This document shows, piece by piece, positions 8,956 to 17,784 of a DNA stretch of 64,000 nt (its first letter is position 1; each line of letters begins with the position of its first letter). The position numbers and the translations under genes are program-made. The notes beneath the pieces were generated by a model. The model was not told where the DNA came from, did not search any database, and saw only the letters and a list, made by a program, of their open reading frames with translations. Source of the stretch: Terriglobia bacterium (GTDB lineage Bacteria; Acidobacteriota; Terriglobia; 20CM-2-55-15); the NCBI GenBank assembly GCA_963664115.2, contig CAXWPJ010000010.1, positions 32,001 to 96,000 of the forward strand, given 5' to 3'.

Positions 8956-11900
8956 ATGAAATCGAGAACTGTGTTTGGGCTCATTGCGCTCTCGCTCCTG
9001 ATCCTGGCCCTGTCTTGCACGAACCGCATGAGATTAGGGGCCGGACAGCAGATCGGGGGGGACGCTCAGGTTCAGGCTCTGCGTCAGAATAACTTGGCAG
9101 TGGCCTACATGAATCAGCAGCGCATCATGGATGCCTTGGAGCTTTTCGAGCAAGCCTATGCTGCCGATTCCACACTTCTGGCCCCTCGTCTGAACCAGGC
9201 CATCGCACTGTTCCACCTCCAGCGTTTCGAGGAAGCCCGCGACATCCTGGTGGAGTTCACCCGGAATCAATCCGACGACGTTCGAGCCTGGTACAACCTC
9301 GGGCTGATCTACCGGTATCTCGGGCAACCCGACCAGGCCGTGGCGGCTTTTAGCCAAGTCGTCCGACTGGACGCGGACGATCCAGATTCTCACTATTTGC
9401 TCGGTTTGATGCAGGCCCAACTCGGGCAGTATCCGGAAGCCATCACCGCCTACGAAAGGGCGCTGGAGCTGGCCGCCTACCACGCCTCGGCTGAATTCGG
9501 CATCGCCCGTGCCTACCAGGCACAAGGCCAGATTTCACAAACACAGGAACACCTGGCCCGGTTTCAGGAAATAACGCAGCAAAATTTGAGCGTACCGATG
9601 GGACTGGCTTACGGGGACCTGGGACCGTATTCCCTTGCCCAGGATGCGGGCGGCATCGCTGATCGTGCGGTTGACCCGATCGAGGTGCGTTTCAATTCTG
9701 TCGCGGCCGAAGCCGCCCTCGATTTCGTCCACAACGCGGGACCGACGCCGCAGTCCTCGCCCGCTGGCACCGTGAACCCATTGCTCGGTGCGGGGGCCTG
9801 CTTCCTGGACTATGACGCGGACGGCTGGATGGACCTGTTTTTGATCAACGGTGGAGCCGAAGCCAGTCTCTTGTACCGGAACCTCGGCAACGGCCGCTTC
9901 GCCGACGTCACAGACCTCGCCGGTCTTGACATTCGCAGTCAGGGAATGGGCTGTACGGTTGGTGATTACGACAACGATGGGCAAATCGACCTTGCAGTGA
10001 GTTCTTTAGGCGGGGTGACTCTTCTACGAAACGACGGCGGCGGGTTCGAGACCGTAACGATTGACGCGGGAATCGGCGTCGATGGCTTCCCTCTGGGCCT
10101 GACGTTCATCGACTTCGATCACGATGGCGATCTCGACCTCTACGTTTCCCGTTTCGTTGATTTTGCGCGACCGGAAGGAACCAACCCCTTCGATTTTCCG
10201 TCTGACGCTCAGGGTCCGGGCAACATGTTGTGGCGCAACAACGGGAATGGAACCTTTACCGACTGGACGACGGAGACGGCGCTGGGTGGCTCTACGCCCG
10301 GCGTCGGAGCTATCGGTACGGATCTGAACAACGATCGTGCCATCGACTTTGTCGTGACAGGTTGGAGTGAATCCCCTCAGGTTTTCCTCAATGCCAGGGA
10401 AGGAGCGTTCGACGTCATGGATTGGGGCGTCGACTTTCCCGCTCCGAGTGCCGGTGTCGCCGCAGCCGACTTCAACAAGGACGGGTGGATGGACCTCGCC
10501 TTCACCCACTGGGCATCGCCGGGGCTGAGCCTGTGGCGCAATGTTGACGGCCGCGGATTTGAACCCATAACGCTCCCGGATCCCGGTTGGGAGCGGGGCT
10601 GGGGGCTGGCCCCCATCGACTATGACAACGATGGGTGGGTGGATCTGGCGGTTTCCGGGGAAACCTCTGGAGGCGGGGAGATTCGCGTGTTTCGGAACCG
10701 TGGGACGGACGGGTTCGAAGATGTCACCTCTGCTGTCGGGCTCGCCGACCTGGGTCCAACCGCACCGCGCGCCCTCGTGAGCGCTGACTACGACAACGAC
10801 GGCGATCCAGACCTGCTGGCGACTCAGAACGGCGGGCCGGCACTCCTGCTGCGAAACGATGGTGGAAACGACAATTCCTGGTTACGCGTGGACCTGGAAG
10901 GCCTGAACGACAACCGGAGCGCGATCGGCACGAAAGTAGAAGTCTTTGCAGGCTTGCTCCGGCAAAAGATAGAAATTGCGGGTGCATCGGGATATCTGGG
11001 ACAGAGCGCCTTACCGGTCACGGCAGGCCTCGGTCAGAACTCCGAAGTGGATACGGTAAGAATGCTGTGGCCCACCGGCGTGCTTCAGGATGAAGTCCAA
11101 CTCCAAACGCGCCAGCAGCACACTGTGGTGGAGATCGATCGCCGCGGAAGTTCGTGTCCCGTGCTCTTCGTCTGGAATGGTGAGGAATACGAGTTCATTA
11201 CTGATGTCATCGGTGCCGGTATCGCAGGTCACTGGGTCGGACCCGGCCAGCGAAACGTTTCTGACCCCACTGAGTACGTCAAAGTATCCGGTTCGAGCGT
11301 GCGGTCTCGCGACGGCCGATTGAGTTTTCGGCTGGCCGAGCCGATGGAGGAAGTGGTATTCCTGGATCAAGTCCGCCTGTTGGCCGTCGACCATCCCTCT
11401 GATGTGGACGTCTACCCCCACGAATATTTCGCCGGCGCCCCGCCTTTCCCTGAATTCCAGGTGATTGCCAGCCGCAGCGCCCATCTCCCGATAGGGGCGT
11501 GGGACGATGCGGGCCGAAACGTTCTGCCGGAACTGACGGAAAGGGATCGCCGATATGTGATGTTTGAATCCGCGGCCTTCAAAGGCTTTGGGGAAACTCA
11601 TTCCCTTGAACTGGATCTAGGGGCTTTGGACACGAACGGCCCGGTGCGGTTGCTAATGCACGGCTTCGTCGATTACTTCACACCGACTTCAGTCTTTGCG
11701 GCGCATCAGGCCGGTGTCGAGGCGATTCTTCCTTACGTCGAGGCCCTCGATTCGTCGGGGCGATGGGTCCGCGTAATGGATGATCTTGGGTTTCCCGCCG
11801 GTCTGGCACGTACCATGACGCGCGATATCACGGGACGGCTTCCAGAGGGTACCGAGCGTATTCGAATTACGACCAACCTTAAGATCTACTGGGATCAGAT

Positions 11901-12456
11901 TCTGATCGATGCAACGTCGGACGCCGGCCCGGTACGGTTGACGGAAGTTCCCCTGGATGCGGCAACGCTGGCCTGGCGCGGCTACCCTAGAGAAATTTCA
12001 GGGCGTATTAGGGCCGACGTAACCTACGCCTATGACGACGTCAGCCCAACGGGTCCGTACGCGAAACACGCAGGAAACTATACGCGGTTCGGAGACGTCG
12101 GTCCTCTTTTGGAAGTTGCAGACGATTTTTTCGTTATTTTTGGTTCCGGAGAGGAAGTGGCTCTCGAGTTCGACCCATCCGGGTTGTCCGAACTCCCCGA
12201 AGGCTGGAGTCGCGACTATTTCTTTTATGCAGACGGCTTCGAAAAGGACATGGACTTTTACGCAGCCTATTCCGCCACGGTGGAGCCCCTGCCGTTTCAC
12301 ACCGAGGAACCCTATCCTTACACGTCGGGAAAAGAATATCCGCTGACCGGCGAGTATCTGGAGTATCAGCTCCGCGAGAACACCAGACATCAATCGGGCC
12401 TGCCGGGGCCTGCATATCGAGCCGAGTACGGGACGGAGCAAAGACAAGCCGACTAG
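8956..12456 (+). CDS. TPR + FG-GAP repeats + ASPIC/UnbV + C-terminal domain protein (possible lipoprotein)
   Basis: Signal ending LALSC, TPRs, DxDxDGxxD repeats, NRSAIGTKV..GYLGQS..WPTG, then a GSSCP-initiated C-terminal domain of about 430 aa. Confidence 0.85.
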   Translation: MKSRTVFGLIALSLLILALSCTNRMRLGAGQQIGGDAQVQALRQNNLAVAYMNQQRIMDALELFEQAYAADSTLLAPRLNQAIALFHLQRFEEARDILVEFTRNQSDDVRAWYNLGLIYRYLGQPDQAVAAFSQVVRLDADDPDSHYLLGLMQAQLGQYPEAITAYERALELAAYHASAEFGIARAYQAQGQISQTQEHLARFQEITQQNLSVPMGLAYGDLGPYSLAQDAGGIADRAVDPIEVRFNSVAAEAALDFVHNAGPTPQSSPAGTVNPLLGAGACFLDYDADGWMDLFLINGGAEASLLYRNLGNGRFADVTDLAGLDIRSQGMGCTVGDYDNDGQIDLAVSSLGGVTLLRNDGGGFETVTIDAGIGVDGFPLGLTFIDFDHDGDLDLYVSRFVDFARPEGTNPFDFPSDAQGPGNMLWRNNGNGTFTDWTTETALGGSTPGVGAIGTDLNNDRAIDFVVTGWSESPQVFLNAREGAFDVMDWGVDFPAPSAGVAAADFNKDGWMDLAFTHWASPGLSLWRNVDGRGFEPITLPDPGWERGWGLAPIDYDNDGWVDLAVSGETSGGGEIRVFRNRGTDGFEDVTSAVGLADLGPTAPRALVSADYDNDGDPDLLATQNGGPALLLRNDGGNDNSWLRVDLEGLNDNRSAIGTKVEVFAGLLRQKIEIAGASGYLGQSALPVTAGLGQNSEVDTVRMLWPTGVLQDEVQLQTRQQHTVVEIDRRGSSCPVLFVWNGEEYEFITDVIGAGIAGHWVGPGQRNVSDPTEYVKVSGSSVRSRDGRLSFRLAEPMEEVVFLDQVRLLAVDHPSDVDVYPHEYFAGAPPFPEFQVIASRSAHLPIGAWDDAGRNVLPELTERDRRYVMFESAAFKGFGETHSLELDLGALDTNGPVRLLMHGFVDYFTPTSVFAAHQAGVEAILPYVEALDSSGRWVRVMDDLGFPAGLARTMTRDITGRLPEGTERIRITTNLKIYWDQILIDATSDAGPVRLTEVPLDAATLAWRGYPREISGRIRADVTYAYDDVSPTGPYAKHAGNYTRFGDVGPLLEVADDFFVIFGSGEEVALEFDPSGLSELPEGWSRDYFFYADGFEKDMDFYAAYSATVEPLPFHTEEPYPYTSGKEYPLTGEYLEYQLRENTRHQSGLPGPAYRAEYGTEQRQAD

Positions 12457-12539
12457 CTGGAAGAAGTCCCCCGACACACCCCCGATGAATCCAGCGTCTC
12501 GACTCCCTGTTGCCCCAGTCAAGAACCGCTTCGGACAAG

Positions 12540-12730
12540 GTTGCTGCCCGAGACCCCCAGCGGTTGGAACGTCTGGCTCGATACTGCGCCCGGCCACCGA
12601 TCGCGATGGAACGTCTCGAACCGCTGGCATACGGACGACTGCTCTATCGTTTCAAGCACCCCTGGCGGGACGGGACGACAGATGTGGTCTTTGAAGGGTT
12701 GAGGCTGCTGGAAAAACTTTCGGCGAGTTG
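12540..12730 (+). pseudogene. IS91-family (Y2 rolling-circle) transposase fragment
   Basis: RLERLARYCARPPIAMERLE...LLYRFKHPWRDGTTDVVFE..LLEKL matches the C-terminal part of IS91/Y2 transposases; it is truncated by the REP element. Confidence 0.75.
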
Positions 12731-12731
12731 T

Positions 12732-12797
12732 GTGCGCTCATAGAGCGCACCTACAGAAGACGGCTGATACCGGCCTCTCTCCTACTGTAGGTGCGGT
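12732..12797. repeat. REP doublet, copy of the 411-477 unit
   Basis: GTGCGCTCATAGAGCGCACCTACAGAAGACG is identical to 411-441, followed by a similar spacer and CTGTAGGTGCGGT. Confidence 0.8.
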
Positions 12798-12922
12798 GGC
12801 GGAAGGTCGAAGTCCGGGGGCTCCAGGACTACGGTGAGCTTCCGCCATTTGTTTACCGCAGGGCGTCGGAGCTTCGAGCGATCCACTGCTCGAAGCTCCA
12901 ACTTTAGTGCCGGATACCGGGG

Positions 12923-13726
12923 TTAGTTGAGGACGCCGCCCGCGGGATCTCTCACCCTGCGGTTGAACGTGTCCACCTCGTCCCACGGGGCACAGAATTC
13001 CTCCCACAAGCCCGGCCAATCCTCGGCTCCCAGTGATTCTGGCGTGATCTTATACCAGGTTTTCTTATCGGCCACCCAGGGTTCGGGATAGGTCATCGGG
13101 TCGTTGATCACCATCTCGAGCTCTATGGCGTTCTCGGCCGTGCGTGTGTACCGCTCAGTCAGCCGCATGTCCGGGCTATGCACATTCCCATGGTGATCGA
13201 GCCAGGTTCTGCCATCGTCTTCATAACCAGCCGTCTCCACAACGAGGGTGTTCCCCTCCCACCTGCCGGCCGAGTACCCCAGCCACCTTCGGATACCGGG
13301 GTCAAAATCCTCCGGAATGACACGCCCATCCATCCAGATTTCGCGATGCACGCGATGCCACTGGAAAACCTGGATCAGCTTGTTATCGAGCATGATCCAC
13401 TCAGACGGTCGGGGAAATAACAGGATTCTTGGGACGCCCATCGGATTACAGTTACCAACGGGATCATTCCCCGATCCAGTGGCTGGGGGAACGTTTCTGG
13501 GTCCATATCCAGGCCGAGTCGCCTCGAATTGCGCCCGTCCCGAAGCTGTCATCGGAGGAGGCGAGCCTCCCCTTTCATAAATCTCGCGGCTTCCGCCGTT
13601 TGGGCCGGCGGCCCTATCCCAAAAGCCCGTAAAGTCGCGCGGATCATACTCCTGAGCGAGCGCGACCGAGGAAAGGAGCAGCGTTGCCACGAAGACAACG
13701 ACCAAACTCATAAAGCAATTGCGCAT
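12923..13726 (-). CDS. Secreted conserved hypothetical protein (GRWEGNTLVVET family, DUF6152 partner)
   Basis: GGAGG RBS before ATG 13726; signal peptide; DFTGFW, DPVGNCNPMGVPR, GYSAGRWEGNTLVVET, C-terminal EEFC. Confidence 0.8.
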   Translation of the reverse strand: MRNCFMSLVVVFVATLLLSSVALAQEYDPRDFTGFWDRAAGPNGGSREIYERGGSPPPMTASGRAQFEATRPGYGPRNVPPATGSGNDPVGNCNPMGVPRILLFPRPSEWIMLDNKLIQVFQWHRVHREIWMDGRVIPEDFDPGIRRWLGYSAGRWEGNTLVVETAGYEDDGRTWLDHHGNVHSPDMRLTERYTRTAENAIELEMVINDPMTYPEPWVADKKTWYKITPESLGAEDWPGLWEEFCAPWDEVDTFNRRVRDPAGGVLN

Positions 13727-13880
13727 GGTGGTATACCTCCAGCTTATATCTTGTTTCAAACCCACTCCGAATGTGCTCTGGGCCCGCATCGGCATACAGC
13801 AGCCAGACGGTGCCCGTCGTCTGTTTGAAGTCGACTTCACTATTCCTGGGCGGGGCGAGCAAGGCCTCATATCATGGTGA

Positions 13881-14279
13881 CTAGTTTTCAGTCTCCATCA
13901 CTAATTCTCTACCGTTGGGAAGCACGATCTTCGAGACGACGCCCAGCGGCCTGCCATCTCTGGCAGGGAACATGGTCACTGCAACTTCATTCCCCGGTCT
14001 CAGAGAACCCCGGTTCCAACCCGCCCTGCTCCAATAGTAGACACTGCTGCCTTCTACCGCCCAATTCACAACGTTGCCCGCATCGTCAGTCACGTCAATG
14101 GAAAACTGGACATGGGGATTGGCGAATTTCCATTCGGTCACGGTTCCCGTCAACGTGACTTGCTGCTCCGTGTCGTAGGTCACGTAGATCCCGTGGTGTG
14201 CCCAAGCCGGGATTGAGGCCATGACGCTGATCGCAACAATCAAAGCTGCCAGGGCCGAGTTTTTCAGGTCGTATTCCAT
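13881..14279 (-). CDS. DUF6152 family protein
   Basis: Signal peptide AWA|HH, F-ANPHV, WAVEGS, L-R-PG-x-EV-x-V pattern. Confidence 0.82.
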   Translation of the reverse strand: MEYDLKNSALAALIVAISVMASIPAWAHHGIYVTYDTEQQVTLTGTVTEWKFANPHVQFSIDVTDDAGNVVNWAVEGSSVYYWSRAGWNRGSLRPGNEVAVTMFPARDGRPLGVVSKIVLPNGRELVMETEN

Positions 14280-14436
14280 CTCGTCCTTGTGCCGGGTGAT
14301 GCCAAGTGTGCCTCTTGGGGCGTCGCGTGCGAAAAGACCCCGACTTTGCAATATTCTAGAACGTCACTTCCCGCAGAGGGAGGTCTAATTCCGATTCAGC
14401 GCCGGCTGCAGATCTCCGGCAGTCGCATCGCATTCC

Positions 14437-14871
14437 CTAACAGTCTTGCGGCCCAGGTCTCGGGTTCAGCCCGCAGGCCATTCGGCCGTCGGGAAATCGG
14501 TCATTGGCATTGATGACCAGCTTTGACATAACGCCCACGGGGCTTCCCGCTTTTGAGGGAGACATGGTGACGACTACCTGGTCCCCCGCTTCGACGCTCG
14601 ACCTGTTCCAGCCCGCCCGCGTCCAATAATAGACGCCGCCCCCTTCCACTGCCCACGCGACCACTTGACCGTTTTCGTCCGTCACGTCCAGATAAAGCTG
14701 GATATGGGGGCTGCGAAAATTCCATTCCGTCACGACCCCCCGAATTTCAACATCTTGGTCCATGAAATACGAGATCGCGGTCCCATGGTGAGCTAAAACT
14801 GGAACTGCAACCACGAAAAGACCCAGGGTCACCGACAAAAGAGCGACCCATTTCCTCTTGTCACGCTCCAT
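14437..14871 (-). CDS. DUF6152 family protein
   Basis: Signal peptide VLA|HH, FRSPHI, WAVEGG; paralog of the neighbouring gene. Confidence 0.82.
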   Translation of the reverse strand: MERDKRKWVALLSVTLGLFVVAVPVLAHHGTAISYFMDQDVEIRGVVTEWNFRSPHIQLYLDVTDENGQVVAWAVEGGGVYYWTRAGWNRSSVEAGDQVVVTMSPSKAGSPVGVMSKLVINANDRFPDGRMACGLNPRPGPQDC

Positions 14872-15094
14872 GTGCTCTCTCCTTGAATATGTTCACTGAT
14901 CTTATATTGATGTGGACAAGCGCTTTGATTTCCCGCGCACTTACTGATGAATTTTCTGAAAAATTCAAGGCTGATTGTAAACCTGCAGGCTTGATCTTTC
15001 AAGGCTTTCCAGACCGAACCACCGCCAGGGGACGGACACTTCCGAATCCCTCCTGTATTCTGAAGTGTCCGTCTCCTGGCCGTGGATTTGGCCG

Positions 15095-15122
15095 TATAAT
15101 TGTTGCCATTTGTTCGTGGAGG
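15095..15122 (+). promoter_or_regulatory. Candidate -10 box (TATAAT) and RBS (GGAGG) of barrel gene 1; duplicated at 17750
   Basis: A perfect TATAAT in a GC-rich context at 15095-15100 and 17750-17755, conserved in both duplicates. No clear -35. Confidence 0.5.
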
Positions 15123-15129
15123 CGTTTGC

Positions 15130-17622
15130 TTGAAAGTCCCGGCCGCTCTGATGATCCTGATTTTGGTCCTGCCCGGCTTCGTGTTTGCCCAGGACGGAAC
15201 GCTGGCGGCTGAGAACCCTCTGGCAGTCTTGAAACTGGAAGTCGAGCGCGTCCTGGAAGAGGCGGCACTGCCGTTCTCCGACGCACAGGAGGACGCCATC
15301 ATCCTCATGATGGAAGACCGGCGGCAGGCCTCGGAAGAGTTGTTTGGCGACCTGATGGACTTCAGCGCGGGCCCAACCCAGGGTCAGGCGTCGGACCGGC
15401 TGCGCTCGGCTATCGAGTACATGGAAAACGAGTTTCTTGCGCGTCTGGAGGACTACCTCACTGCCCCCCAGCTCGCCGCATGGAGCTTGCACCTGGAAAC
15501 GACCGAATCGCCGGTCAACGTGGCACTGGAACAGGATAGTCCGCAACAGCAGACCCAATACGTTCGTCTCAACCCGAACGTATTCACCGCCGAGGAAGGG
15601 CTCTACCGGATCGGCGGTGGTCCGCGCCGGGCGGAAGTCATCGAACGGGGCGGGGCCGGCGCGTTTCACGGCAACGCGCAGTTCCTGATCATCGACGAAT
15701 CCTTGAACGCGGGCCGGCGGTCCTACAACCGGGGCCAGCGAGTACCCACCGTTAAGCCCCCGTATCAGGAGCGCGACACGAGTTTCGATATCAGTGGGCC
15801 TGTTCTTCCGGGCCGGTTGACGATGAGCTTCGCGGGTCGCCAGAACGAGGCGGAGAACGTCGACACCATCAACGCCACGCTGGCCAATGGCTCTCCGTTC
15901 TCCAGTGAAATCGTCCGGCCGACGACGCACCGCTTCCTATCCACCGGAGGGACCTACCAGTTCGCTGACGCCCACTCGCTGACGTTCAACCTGGAATACG
16001 CCCCGTACACGGCGAAGAATCAAGGCATCGGAGGTTTCGTGTTGCCCGAACGCGCCTGGGCAAGCGAGGGCCACAGCTGGATTGTGGACCTGAAACAGTT
16101 CTCGTCATTGTCGGCCCGAAGCATTTATGAAATGCGGTTCCAGGTCAACACCAGCCACGCAGAAACGATCCCAACCACCACCGGGGTGCGGACCGACGTC
16201 GTCGACGCATTCAGCAGCGGTGGCTCCGGGAACCGGACCGAGAGCGACAACCGCAACTACGAAATCGGCAACCTGTACACACGGATCGGGGAAGGCACGA
16301 CCCTCCGCTTCGGCTTCGACGGAATCTATCGCAAGAACAAGGCACTTTCCACGGCCAACTTCGACGGAACCTTTACGTTTTCCAGCCTGGACGACTTCAA
16401 CCAGGGACGGCCGTTCCAGTACCGGGTGGCGCAGGGTGAACCGTTGCTTGAAACCACGCAGACAGAGCTGGCGTTCTTCATGCAGAACGACTGGCGGCTG
16501 ACCCCGGAGTTGACGTTCTATTACGGGTTTCGCTATGACTGGCAAACGAATCTGGATGACGCCGATAACTTCGGCCCCCGGTTGGGATTGGCCTATGCCC
16601 TGGGTCAGGCCACGGTCATACGCAGCGGCCTCGGCGTTTTCTACAGCAGCCTGGGCATCGACCTGGTGGAGAACCAGCGTCGGCTGGACGGCACACGCCA
16701 GTTCGAGACCGTCATCGCGGCGCCCTCCTATCCCGATCCCTTCAATTCCGGAACCGTTCAGAACCTGTTGCCCTCAGTCCGAGTGACCGACCCGACCCTG
16801 TCGGCACCGTATGCCAGCGCCGGATTGATTTCGATCGAACGGACGTTTCTGACCAACCTGTTCGTGAGCGCCACATATGAGTACTTGCACGAAGTACACC
16901 GGCTGCGCTTCAGGGACCTGAATGCGCCGCGTGACATCACCTCGCCCGTGCCGCGTTCCTGCACGAAGGATCAGAGCGCGGAAACATGTGTTCGCCCCGA
17001 TCCGACGAAGGAAGAGATCCTCAACCTCGAAGCGACGATGGCACAGATCCAACATTCGCTTCGGTTCATCTATCGGCAGAGGTTCAGCATCTTCAACGTG
17101 TCGGCAAACTACCAGTATCAAAGAGGCCACTCCGACGGCCGTCCAAATGCGGCCGGCTTTCTTCCTTCCGATCCCTACGATCTCCAGGCGGATTGGGCTC
17201 GCGCGCGCTTCTTTCCGACGAACACCCTGGCCAGCACCATTAACGCGCAACTCCCGCTCGGTATCTTCCTGACTGGGACGCTGTCGGCCAACAGCGGCCC
17301 CCGTTTCAACATCACGACCGGAACCGACGATAATCAGGACGGCCATCTGACCGACCGGCCTCCGGGAATCCCGCGAAACGCGGGCGATGCACCGAAGTTT
17401 GTCAGTTTCGGCTTCAATATCTCGAAGGCCTTCTTCTTTGAGGGGACAGGCGGAACGAGCGCCACGCGGACCAACCTCAATGTGTTCGCCAATATCACAA
17501 ACGCTTTCAACAACGTCAACTTCAGCCTGCCTTCGGGCGTAATGACCTCACCCAATTTCGGCCTGTCAACCAGCGCACAGGATCCTCGGCTCATCGAAAT
17601 CGGTCTCCGCTTCCAATTCTGA
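15130..17622 (+). CDS. TonB-dependent-receptor-like outer-membrane beta-barrel with N-terminal helical (LTxxQ-like) domain, copy 1
   Basis: TTG start after GGAGG; signal peptide; FHGN..DESLNA, QNDWRLTPELT, NFGPRLGLAY; C-terminal PRLIEIGLRFQF. Confidence 0.85.
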   Translation: MKVPAALMILILVLPGFVFAQDGTLAAENPLAVLKLEVERVLEEAALPFSDAQEDAIILMMEDRRQASEELFGDLMDFSAGPTQGQASDRLRSAIEYMENEFLARLEDYLTAPQLAAWSLHLETTESPVNVALEQDSPQQQTQYVRLNPNVFTAEEGLYRIGGGPRRAEVIERGGAGAFHGNAQFLIIDESLNAGRRSYNRGQRVPTVKPPYQERDTSFDISGPVLPGRLTMSFAGRQNEAENVDTINATLANGSPFSSEIVRPTTHRFLSTGGTYQFADAHSLTFNLEYAPYTAKNQGIGGFVLPERAWASEGHSWIVDLKQFSSLSARSIYEMRFQVNTSHAETIPTTTGVRTDVVDAFSSGGSGNRTESDNRNYEIGNLYTRIGEGTTLRFGFDGIYRKNKALSTANFDGTFTFSSLDDFNQGRPFQYRVAQGEPLLETTQTELAFFMQNDWRLTPELTFYYGFRYDWQTNLDDADNFGPRLGLAYALGQATVIRSGLGVFYSSLGIDLVENQRRLDGTRQFETVIAAPSYPDPFNSGTVQNLLPSVRVTDPTLSAPYASAGLISIERTFLTNLFVSATYEYLHEVHRLRFRDLNAPRDITSPVPRSCTKDQSAETCVRPDPTKEEILNLEATMAQIQHSLRFIYRQRFSIFNVSANYQYQRGHSDGRPNAAGFLPSDPYDLQADWARARFFPTNTLASTINAQLPLGIFLTGTLSANSGPRFNITTGTDDNQDGHLTDRPPGIPRNAGDAPKFVSFGFNISKAFFFEGTGGTSATRTNLNVFANITNAFNNVNFSLPSGVMTSPNFGLSTSAQDPRLIEIGLRFQF

Positions 17623-17784
17623 GTGCCATTCCCATCCGCTCTCCCAGCATCGGCAAATGATATTCTGTCCTGAACCTTAGAAAACGGCACGCCTGAAGAC
17701 TGTTCTCGCTGCCCGTTTCATTCGATCAGTTCGGCCATGGATTTGGCCATATAATTGTTGCCATTTGCTGGTGGAGGCATTTGC

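Noticed and set aside
670-12456. Enediyne biosynthetic cluster (UnbV)
   Set aside because: No PKS, thioesterase or other enediyne core genes in the window.
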